Assembly: GCF_000016745.1 (NCBI RefSeq)
Contig: NC_009483.1
Location: 2,820,001 to 2,852,000 of the forward strand
Reading direction: 5' to 3'
DNA: 32,000 bases
Origin: Geotalea uraniireducens Rf4
GTDB taxonomy: Bacteria; Desulfobacterota; Desulfuromonadia; Geobacterales; Geobacteraceae
This document shows positions 25,075-32,000 of this stretch, piece after piece. The position numbers were made by a program, and so were the translations under genes. Position 1 is the first letter of the stretch. Each line of letters opens with the position of its first letter. The notes under the pieces are model-generated. The model did not search any database and had not been told where the DNA came from. It saw nothing but the letters and a program-made list of their open reading frames with translations.

Positions 25075-25105
25075 AAGCCCACCAATTGTTCGATGGGCTT
25101 CTTTT
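25075..25105 (+). terminator. Weak rho-independent terminator candidate
   Basis: AAGCCCA (25075-25081), 12-nt loop, TGGGCTT (25094-25100), then CTTTTACTCTT. Without the IS it would lie about 90 nt after the small ORF at 23479..23643. Confidence 0.3.
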
Positions 25106-25280
25106 ACTCTTACTTAACTGAATACCTTTTCAAGGTCTGTTCCGGATCAGCTACCTCCAGATCGTTACAACTTTCACTTATTTAACCTGCCTGGTGGAGT
25201 ATCTTCTATAGGATTGCCCTCCTTGTGCAGTATTTAATTCCTTCCAGCTGGTTTAAATCTAGCACTTAAATATTAAAAAA

Positions 25281-26602
25281 GGCTCTTCGTCATTTCAAGT
25301 GGGTAGAGCATATAGCCTGTTGAACTTGAGCCTACCTGCAATGAGGTAGGCCATTGATATCATGTTGCGAGGGTTGCGATACCCTCGGGCTCTTGCTTTT
25401 GCTGCCTGGATCAGGCTATTTACCCCCTCCAGGAAGCCGGTGGTCAGACCGCTGTCAAAGTGGCTCAAGATACCATCCCAATGCTCATTTACCGTTCGGG
25501 ACATTTTTTTAATAAGCCAGAGTGAACTTTTACTGGCGCTCTTGTGCCATTGAGTTAAGAGAGCCTCAGCTTCATGACGACTCTCGGCAAAGTAGACATT
25601 CTGCAGATTCAGCTTGTGCGTGTATGCCTCGACGCTTTTATGGCATTGGTTGGCAACTATGGTATCCAGTCGTTCCTGGTCTTCTGGCGTCAAGTTTTCT
25701 GGATTTTTGAGGAACAGGAACCGACTCTTCTTGAGAATTTCCGGGAACTGTCGGGCCTCTTCGGCCCTGATTTTACCCATCGCTTCATTCATCAACTTGA
25801 TGAGGTGAAACTTGTCGAAGGTCGTGACCGCGTTGGGTAACTGCTCTTTGACTCCCTTGATGAAGGCTTTTGACATGTCAATTGCCGCATCGGTTATCTG
25901 CTCAGGATCGCCGCCATGCTTCGCGAGGTCGGCAACAAAGTCCTTTACGGTCTCGTTGTCTTTGCCTTCGGTTCCGAACAGGAGTTTCTTCTGATCAAGA
26001 TCGAAGAAGAAGGTGACGTAATCATGGCCTTTTTTAACAGAGGTTTCATCGATGCCGATACGCTTGACGTCGGAAAAATCCTCTTTAGCTCGGGCCATTT
26101 CTACGTAGGCGTTGATTATTCGCCATAAGCGGGTATCGGTAACTGAGAACAGTCTGGCCATGACATTCACCGGCAGATCACGCGCCATGGTCATAACCAG
26201 CGCTTCGAACAACAGAGTAAAACCTGATCCGGCACGAGCCCATGGCACCTGAATTTGCTTCACGCCACAGCCTTCGTTAGGACAGTTAACCCGTGGCACC
26301 CAGGCATGAATATATGCTTCATATTGGAAGAAGTTCAGATGTCGCCATTCCTTCTCTGTGGTGTCATATGCAGGGGCAGGGGCACCACAGACCGGGCAGG
26401 GAAACGTTGCTCCCCGCTGAAAGTCGATGGTTATATCAAGGCGATTTGATTCCTTAGAAAAGGTAACCTCCGTAACTTCCCAGGGTGGGACAATGCCAAG
26501 AGCTACACCAAAAAGAGCTTCAGGTTGCATAAATCAGTAAAACCTCCGGGTAATGTAATGGATGCTCATTATACCATTACCCATTCACGGTGACGAAGAG
26601 CG
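25281..26602 (-). mobile_element. ISL3-family insertion sequence (1322 bp) with 8-bp target-site duplication
   Basis: The TSD TTAAAAAA is at 25273-25280 and 26603-26610. IRs are GGCTCTTCGTCATTTCAAGTGGGTA (left) and CGCTCTTCGTCACCGTGAATGGGTA (right, reverse complement). Confidence 0.85.
25295..26530 (-). CDS. ISL3-family transposase
   Basis: 411 aa. N-terminal zinc-finger region (CPVCGAP...CPNEGCG), then an ISL3 DDE core (IGIDETSVKKGHDYVTFFFDL.., AIDMSKAF.., FDKFHLIKL.., GFLEGVNSLIQAAKARARGYRN). Confidence 0.9.
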   Translation of the reverse strand: MQPEALFGVALGIVPPWEVTEVTFSKESNRLDITIDFQRGATFPCPVCGAPAPAYDTTEKEWRHLNFFQYEAYIHAWVPRVNCPNEGCGVKQIQVPWARAGSGFTLLFEALVMTMARDLPVNVMARLFSVTDTRLWRIINAYVEMARAKEDFSDVKRIGIDETSVKKGHDYVTFFFDLDQKKLLFGTEGKDNETVKDFVADLAKHGGDPEQITDAAIDMSKAFIKGVKEQLPNAVTTFDKFHLIKLMNEAMGKIRAEEARQFPEILKKSRFLFLKNPENLTPEDQERLDTIVANQCHKSVEAYTHKLNLQNVYFAESRHEAEALLTQWHKSASKSSLWLIKKMSRTVNEHWDGILSHFDSGLTTGFLEGVNSLIQAAKARARGYRNPRNMISMAYLIAGRLKFNRLYALPT

Positions 26603-26693
26603 TTAAAAAAACAGGCTATTAAATATATTTTTATCGGCGTATACTTTTAAAGTTGTGTTGGTAATAGCCTTCCATTGTCCTTAATCCGATAGA

Positions 26694-27113
26694 AATCGGA
26701 TAATGCATTTACACCTGTTTTAAAATCAGAGTTTAATCAGATTCTATCCGATGTTATCCGCGTGCAACGGTTTTTGATTCGTTTCCCAGGACAATCCCCA
26801 TGGAACATAAAACCCCCATCGCCTCACGCGGATCAAAATCTGATAAATTCGGATGAAAATCGGATAAAGCATTTACACCTGTTTTGAAATCAGACTATAA
26901 TCAGATTCTATCCGAAGTTATCCGCGTGCAGCGGTTTTGATTCGTTTCCCAGGACAATCCCCATGGAACATAACCCCCCCATCGTCTCACACGGATCAAA
27001 ATCTGATAAATTCGGATGAAAATCGGAAAAAGCATTTACACCTGTTTTGAAATCAGACTTTAATCAGATCCGATCCGAAGTTATCCGCGTGCAACGGTTT
27101 TGATTCGTTTCCC
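26694..27113. repeat. Tandem repeat, about 164-bp unit, 2.6 copies
   Basis: Units start at 26694, 26858 and 27021 (AATCGGA(T/A)AA(T/A)GCATTTACACCTGTTTT..). Copies are near-identical with a few substitutions or indels. The last copy is truncated at the DHH stop codon (27118-27120). Confidence 0.8.
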
Positions 27114-27117
27114 CACC

Positions 27118-27960
27118 TCAAGATACATGGAGCAGGGAATCGGGCAAACGGGTCGTGAAACCAGCCGCGTGGCGGTGACCACCTCCGCCGAAGCTCACAG
27201 CGATCGCCGCCACATCCGCCCCGTCAGGGCCAGATCTCAGCGACCATTTGCGCAGGGTGCCCTGATCCTGGTAGCCCGCCGCAAAGGGATGCCCTGCCGC
27301 CAGCTCGCCGACCAGGTCGCTCATGATCTCCTCGTAGCCATTGACCACCGGCACCCGGCAACCGGCAATGGTGGTCATGACCGCCTTTTCCAGGTGCAGG
27401 TCGATCATCCGCCGGCGGTAACGGTTGATGGCCTGCCCCTCGGCCACGAGTTCCTCCAGTGCCGCCGCGCTGCTGCAAAGCCTTTCCCAGGTGGCAAAAT
27501 CGAACGGCCGGGACATGAGCGCCGCATAGATGTCGTTGGTCCCATCCAGTGTAAAGCGCCACAGGTCGCGGTCCTGGACGTGGAGCAGCAGCCGGGGGGG
27601 CGGGGTGTCGTGGCAGAACTCCCATGCCAGCACCGCACCGGATTTGTCCATGTCGAAGACCAGCCGCAGGTTGTCGTGCTCCTGTTCCAGCCCTGCAAGA
27701 TCCATCTCGGCAGAGACATGATGGTCGATCACAGTCACCGTGCGGGCACGCCGGCACATCTCCTTCAGTACCGGCCGCCGGAAGGAGAAGTCGACGATCA
27801 GCACATCGCGGCCGGTCACATCGGGCGGCTCCTCACCGTGTACAGCGGCCGCAAAATCGCAGGGGCACTCCTCACCCCGGCGGAAATGGTCATAGAACGC
27901 ATAGGCAGCTGAAAATCCGTCGGGGCAGGTGCTGTGATAGATAACGAGTGGGCGTTCCAT
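27118..27960 (-). CDS. DHH/DHHA1-family phosphoesterase
   Basis: N-terminal VIYHSTCPDGFSAA, DHH motif TVIDHHVS, DHHA1 motif FGGGGHRHAAGF. 280 aa and GC-rich. The 270-aa antisense ORF is rejected. Confidence 0.85.
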   Translation of the reverse strand: MERPLVIYHSTCPDGFSAAYAFYDHFRRGEECPCDFAAAVHGEEPPDVTGRDVLIVDFSFRRPVLKEMCRRARTVTVIDHHVSAEMDLAGLEQEHDNLRLVFDMDKSGAVLAWEFCHDTPPPRLLLHVQDRDLWRFTLDGTNDIYAALMSRPFDFATWERLCSSAAALEELVAEGQAINRYRRRMIDLHLEKAVMTTIAGCRVPVVNGYEEIMSDLVGELAAGHPFAAGYQDQGTLRKWSLRSGPDGADVAAIAVSFGGGGHRHAAGFTTRLPDSLLHVS

Positions 27961-28046
27961 GGCTATTCCTCTTTCAGTCGAAGATCAGACTGCCTGTCCT
28001 TATATTCTACCAGCTCGCCGGGCATTGTGCCGCGCCCGGCTTGCAT

Positions 28047-28075
28047 ATTATATTTTATTTTTGCCCCTTCGGTAA
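28047..28075 (-). promoter_or_regulatory. Putative sigma70 promoter of the DHH gene
   Basis: Minus strand: TTACCG (28075-28070), 17-nt spacer, TATAAT (28052-28047). It is about 85 nt upstream of ATG 27960 and 25 nt from the MITE end. Confidence 0.35.
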
Positions 28076-28099
28076 GCACAAGAAACATCTACACATTTT

Positions 28100-28318
28100 C
28101 AGCGTTGTCCGGTTTGGTTTGTGCATCAAGGTTGTTAAGCCCCATTAGGGGCGTTCGAATGTAGCCGGGGGATTCATCCCCCGGATGAGATGCTATATTT
28201 CCCCACGTCACGTACGTGACGTGATGATATTTCGCCTGGATGACCGGGGAATGAATTCCCCGGCTACCAGTATTCTGTCCCTACGGGACGTAAGCAAAAA
28301 CCAAACCGGACAACGCTG
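28100..28318. mobile_element. 219-bp MITE derived from the IS4-family element, with 9-bp TSD
   Basis: Terminal IRs are CAGCGTTGTCCGGTTTGGTTT(G/T)TGC, of which the first 22 nt are identical at both ends. They match the IS ends at 23680 and 25014. The flanking direct repeat ACACATTTT is at 28091-28099 and 28319-28327. There is no ORF. The interior is built of palindromes (28165-28184, 28204-28223, 28244-28263). Confidence 0.75.
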
Positions 28319-28443
28319 ACACATTTTATAAATGTCGTTATCAGCGGATCTCCCGCTATTAAAAAATAAGATAAACCTGCAGCGGCAGCAGACGAAAAAC
28401 AGCTGGAAAACTGCACGCAAAAATTGGATATTTAATTGTTAAG

Positions 28444-29851
28444 TGACAAGTGTCAGGACATCGGTTACCCGGATGTGTCAAGACATCGGTTACCCTTAAC
28501 GCCCTTTTTTGTGTCAAGACATCGGTTACCTTCATTAGAAATATCAGCTACAATGTTCTCTGTGATTTCAACTTGAGGGGAGAACATCCGCATGGAAGAA
28601 GAACTCAGGAAACAAGCAGTCCAGCGCCATCTTGCAGGCGAATCACCCAAGGCAGTCTATACAAGCCTTGATCGCTCCAAGAAGTGGTTTTTTAAGTGGT
28701 TGAACCGGTATCAATCTGGCGCGACTGACTGGTACAAGGAACACTCAAGAGCGCCACTTAAAAGACCGTCTGAACTCAGCATCGTAGATAAGGAGATTAT
28801 TGTCTCCACCAGAAACCGCCTGGACTCGTCACCATTTGCACAGATTGGCGTTTCCGCTATCAAGTGGGAGCTGCATAAGCTGGGGTTACCGTTTCGCTCT
28901 GACAGCACCATTAACCGGACCCTGAAGCGGGAAGGACTCGTTAAAAAAAACGAGATATTCCCCCAAAGGGGTCGAGTACCCGTACTTTACCGAAGCCCTG
29001 TGCTGCAACAACATCCATCAGATGGATCTTGTTGGCCCCCGCTACATCAAGAGTGACGGCAGATTTTACTCGATGAATGTGATTGATCTGTACAGCCATC
29101 GGGTCTTCATCGAATCAAATCGCACCAAGGAGGATGACAACATTGCACAGGGTTTGCTGCGCTGCTGGAAGTCAATGGGGCTTCCCGACTTCCTGCAAAT
29201 GGACAATGAACTCAGTTTCCGTGGCAGTAACCGCTATCCGAGGTCACTTGGTCTGGTGCTGCGACTATGTCTCTACTTCGGCGTTCATCCTGTTTTTATC
29301 CCTGTTGCGGAACCGTGGCGCGATGGCGTAATAGAGAGCTTCAACGATACCTATGACAAAAAGTTTTTTCGCCGCCAGTGGTTCACAAGCTATTCCATGC
29401 TCAAGCGGCAAAGCAAGAATTTCCAGCAGTTTCACAACAAGAATCACCGTTACAGCTATCTCAAGGGGAAAACGCCACTGGAGGTTATTGAAGCTGACAA
29501 ATTCAAGCCCTTGACGCTGGGGCCAAATACCAGGATGCCAAAACTTGATTTTCTCCCGGACGGCACCATTTCGCTCATTAGATTTATCAGGAGCGATAGA
29601 ACACTTAACATCTTTGGCGAAAAATTTGAGGTTTCAAAAGACCTCGTCTATTCATATGTGCGAGCCATGATCGTAACGGAAATTCACACGCTGCAAGTGT
29701 ACCTGGGTGAAGACTTTGTTCAAAGCTTTGAGTACAGAATGCCTACAGAGTTCAGCTCATGAAATAGTATGCATAATCAGGGGGTCGGGTAACCGATGTC
29801 CTGACACTTTTTAGAGTTAGGCTTGGGTAACCGATGTCCTGACATTTGACA
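28444..29851 (+). mobile_element. rve-integrase-type IS (IS481/IS3-superfamily-like, 1408 bp), TG..CA ends, 6-bp TSD
   Basis: The TSD GTTAAG is at 28438-28443 and 29852-29857. Ends are TGACAAGTGTCAGG... and ...CCTGACATTTGACA. The 20-bp motif TGTCA(G/A)GACATCGGTTACC(C) occurs three times at the left (28451, 28476, 28512) and twice inverted at the right (29787-29806, 29825-29844). Confidence 0.75.
28592..29762 (+). CDS. IS transposase (HTH plus rve DDE core) split into two frames at an A8 run
   Basis: orfA 28592.. encodes an HTH region (..SLDRSKKWFFKWLNRY..). The +1 frame continues from the A8 run (28943-28950) as ..KTRYSPKGVEYPYFTEALCCNNIHQMDLVGPRYIKSDGRFYSMNVIDLYSHRV..MDNELSF..FIPVAEPWRDGVIESFN.. 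An A7 run would give one ORF of about 390 aa. Confidence 0.7.
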
Positions 29852-30006
29852 GTTAAGTTGCATAGTTAGTAACAGGTTCGGCACGCCGAACGTCAGACAA
29901 TATCAATCGGTAAGAAGTGAGAATGGTAAGCGCCCGGCTTTGGCACAGATAATGAAAGTTCGTTGTCCGGTGTTGACGTTACTGTTGTGAGCAAACACGA
30001 TCTAAC

Positions 30007-31848
30007 ATGGGAATGGTAATTATGCAGATACCTTACGTAAAAAATACGGTCAGCCCATGGTTCTTTGCGGTGCTTATTTTTGCATGTTTTACCGCTGCAG
30101 TTCCGCTCTATGCCGGTACCAATCAGTGGACGGGGATCGGCCCGGCTGGCGCAGACGTTCGCGCCCTGGCTGTGGACCCATTAACCGCGGACACCATCTA
30201 TGCGGCTACTTCTGCAGGAATCTTCAAGAGCGTTGACGCTGGCGGGAGTTGGAGTGCCGCCAATACGGGTCTCACGGCAAGCGATATGCGTGCATTCGCC
30301 ATTGATCCGCTTACCCCGACGACGCTCTATGCGGGGAGTACCACCGGCGGGGTTTTCAAGAGTGTCGATGGCGGCGGGAACTGGAGCTCAGCCAATAGCG
30401 GCCTTACAGCCAGCGATGTGCGCGCCCTGGCCGTTGATCCGCTGACTCCGGCAACAGTCTATGCTGGAACAGCCACCGGCGGGATATTTAAGAGTGTCAA
30501 CGGTGGCGGAAGCTGGAGTGCTGTCAACAGCGGCCTCACGGCAAGCGATATCCGCGCCTTGGCCGTGGATGCGGTCACCTCGACAACGGTCTATGCTGGT
30601 ACCGCTACCGGCGGGGTGTTCAGGAGTATTGACGGTGGTACGAGTTGGAGTGCCGCCAACAGCAGTCTCACGGCTGGAGATATGCGTTCTCTGGCTGTAG
30701 ACCCGCTGACCCCGGCAACGATCTATGGGGGCACAGCCACCGGCGGCGTCTTTAAGAGCGTCAACAGCGGCGTGAGCTGGAGCGCCGTCAATACCGGCCT
30801 TACCGATATGGTTGTTCAGACGCTCGTTATCGACCCGCTGACCCCGGCAACAGTCTATGCGGGCACCACAACCGGCGGCGTCTTTATGAGCAGCGATGGT
30901 GGCGACAACTGGCGTACCGTGAACGCCGGCCTCACCAGTACCACGATCCAGTCTATTGCCATAGGCAAGGCTGCCCCGACCACAGTTTATGCGGGCACCT
31001 CCGCAGTCGGCGTCTTCAAAATAACCACTGCCCCTGAGATTGCCATCTCACCGGCATCATTTAATTTCGGTAGCGTCACGGTCGCCATTCCGTCGCCGGC
31101 CCAGGGATTCACCCTCACCAATACCGGCCTGGCGGACCTCACGGTAAGCTCCATCACCGCTTCCGGCGGTGACAGCGCCATGTTCGGCGTGGCTGCCGGC
31201 AGCTGCCCGAGTCTGACCCCGACCCTCAAGGCCGGGACGGGTTGTACCGTTAATGTCACCTTCACACCTGCACTTTCCGGTGCAAAGACTACGAATCTTG
31301 TTGTTGCCTCCAACGCGGTAACAGCTCCGAACCTCACTGTTCCATTAACGGGTACCGGGGTGATTCAGACCTATCCACTCACCCTGTCTGTGATAGGTAC
31401 TGGTACCGTCAACTATTCAACCGGAGGGAGCTGCAGTACTTACTGCAGCCAATCATTCGACAAAGGCACGTCGATAACCCTCTCGCCGGTGGTTGATGCA
31501 GGCTCTGCTTTTGCCGGCTGGAGCGGTTGCCCCATGACAATGGGGGATTCCTGCCTCATTATTCTGAATTCACCGCTCACCATGACAGCTACGTTCAACC
31601 TGCTGCCGCTCGACGTGCCCCCCTCTCCGTCCATCCAGGCCGCCTACAATGCCGTGTTGGCAGGCGGCGTCATCAGGGTTACGGCAGCGCCCTACAGTGA
31701 AATCCTTACCTGCGACCGTAATATTTCTGTTGCCCTGCAAGGTGGCTATGATACGCTTTTCACAACCGTTAGCGGCTACACTACCCTGAACGGCAGCCTG
31801 ATCGTCAGCAACGGGACGCTGACTGTTGACGGGCTGGTGATTATGTAG
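30007..31848 (+). CDS. Secreted multidomain protein: 7-bladed Ycf48/BNR-like beta-propeller, choice-of-anchor-D-like Ig domain, and InlB-B-repeat-like domain
   Basis: Signal peptide ..WFFAVLIFACFTAAVPLYA/G. Seven repeats of 43-44 aa (VRALAVDPLTPATVYAGTATGGxFKSxDGGxSWSAxNxGLTASD). Then ISPASFNFGSVTV..FTLTNTGLADLTVSSI..CTVNVTFTP (choice-of-anchor D pattern). Then YPLTLSVIGTGTV..FAGWSGC. Confidence 0.8.
   Translation: MGMVIMQIPYVKNTVSPWFFAVLIFACFTAAVPLYAGTNQWTGIGPAGADVRALAVDPLTADTIYAATSAGIFKSVDAGGSWSAANTGLTASDMRAFAIDPLTPTTLYAGSTTGGVFKSVDGGGNWSSANSGLTASDVRALAVDPLTPATVYAGTATGGIFKSVNGGGSWSAVNSGLTASDIRALAVDAVTSTTVYAGTATGGVFRSIDGGTSWSAANSSLTAGDMRSLAVDPLTPATIYGGTATGGVFKSVNSGVSWSAVNTGLTDMVVQTLVIDPLTPATVYAGTTTGGVFMSSDGGDNWRTVNAGLTSTTIQSIAIGKAAPTTVYAGTSAVGVFKITTAPEIAISPASFNFGSVTVAIPSPAQGFTLTNTGLADLTVSSITASGGDSAMFGVAAGSCPSLTPTLKAGTGCTVNVTFTPALSGAKTTNLVVASNAVTAPNLTVPLTGTGVIQTYPLTLSVIGTGTVNYSTGGSCSTYCSQSFDKGTSITLSPVVDAGSAFAGWSGCPMTMGDSCLIILNSPLTMTATFNLLPLDVPPSPSIQAAYNAVLAGGVIRVTAAPYSEILTCDRNISVALQGGYDTLFTTVSGYTTLNGSLIVSNGTLTVDGLVIM
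30157..31026 (+). repeat. Intragenic tandem repeats of about 129 bp (7 propeller blades)
   Basis: The DNA-level periodicity is visible (GACCCGCTGACCCCGGCAAC(A/G)(G/A)TCTATG(C/G)GGGCAC recurs). It corresponds to the seven protein repeats. Confidence 0.6.
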
Positions 31849-31926
31849 CGAGCGATATCCCCTCCCGCCTTCCAGAGTTGTACGGCGGACAGGCGGCTGC
31901 GTCGGTCGGGTCAGCGCAGGCACAAT

Positions 31927-31969
31927 GTTATCCGCGTGAACGTTTTTGATCCGTTTCACAGAACAATCC
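31927..31969. repeat. Solo partial copy of the 164-bp repeat family
   Basis: GTTATCCGCGTGAACGTTTTTGATCCGTTTCACAGAACAATCC compares with the unit segment GTTATCCGCGTGCAACGGTTTTTGATTCGTTTCCCAGGACAATCC (26753 onward), with about 38 of 44 positions identical by eye. Confidence 0.45.
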
Positions 31970-32000
31970 GGCAACAGCTACAATATTTCAGAAAGCAGCT

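Noticed and set aside
24901-25185. 94-aa plus-strand ORF spanning the right end of the IS4-family element
   Set aside because: It crosses the IS terminal inverted repeat and TSD, is AT-rich, and has no RBS. It is an artefact of the insertion junction.
26694-27113. Tandem repeat considered as a CRISPR array
   Set aside because: The period is about 164 bp with whole-unit identity and no short repeats alternating with unique spacers. No cas genes are present.
27100-27912. 270-aa plus-strand ORF opposite the DHH gene
   Set aside because: The minus-strand product has the DHH and GGGH (DHHA1) motifs. The plus-strand ORF is Arg/Gly/Pro-rich with no motif.
27934-28420. Short ORFs 27934..28164, 27948..28148 (+) and 28208..28420 (-)
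   Set aside because: They run through the DHH promoter region and the palindromic MITE. They have no RBS, and the sequence is explained by the mobile element.
29941-29955. Sigma54-like TGGCACAGATAATGA upstream of the propeller gene
   Set aside because: The -24 element is perfect and the spacing is right, but the -12 element reads TGA instead of TGC. No enhancer-binding-protein gene is nearby. It is too weak to call without a genome-wide model.

Overview
This window is 32 kb of GC-rich bacterial chromosome. Its gene content (GEMM-I-type riboswitch, ArsM, two-gene SufCB pair, LolA-like/FtsX export module, LytS/LytTR pair, many long GC-driven antisense phantom ORFs) suggests an anaerobic Geobacter/Desulfuromonas-type organism. 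That placement is inference only, and all family calls rest on motif recognition from memory because no search was possible.

Positions 1-21.3 kb are densely packed core-like genes:
- two small membrane proteins and a ferredoxin-nitroreductase fusion
- a translationally coupled five-gene envelope-export module (exported helical protein, ABC ATPase, FtsX permease, LolA-like carrier, outer-membrane barrel that looks disrupted), followed by a LytS/LytTR two-component pair
- a minus-strand run of MocR-controlled CMD/MFS/unknown genes, an ICL/PEP-mutase-family gene, and arsR-arsM
- a minimal sufC-sufB/D pair and a chagasin-MliC fusion inhibitor
- a Zn-ribbon ORF plus an orphan CheR-type methyltransferase
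- vapC with a Phd/YefM antitoxin, and an SseB-like gene

Positions 21.4-29.9 kb are visibly AT-richer and full of mobile DNA:
- the patch begins at a 23-nt tRNA-Gly 3'-end remnant
- it carries a Tat-exported MBL hydrolase
- it holds an IS4-family IS (9-bp TSD), an ISL3-family IS (8-bp TSD), and a TG..CA rve-type IS (6-bp TSD, transposase split at an A8 run)
- a 219-bp MITE shares the IS4 element's ends
- a 2.6-copy 164-bp tandem repeat and a DHH/DHHA1 phosphoesterase are also present

The window ends with a secreted 7-bladed propeller protein.

The best finding is on the minus strand at 23200-23023. A near-consensus sigma70 promoter is followed by a c-di-GMP-I (GEMM-I)-like aptamer showing compensatory changes relative to Vc2. 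That aptamer overlaps an intrinsic terminator, upstream of the exported MBL hydrolase.

Secondary findings:
- four independent gene lesions (barrel signal peptide out of frame, barrel in-frame TGA, MFS 1-nt deletion, IS transposase A8 frameshift)
- a candidate ars regulon extension to an ICL/PEPM-family enzyme
- an IS/MITE pair
- a structured tandem repeat family
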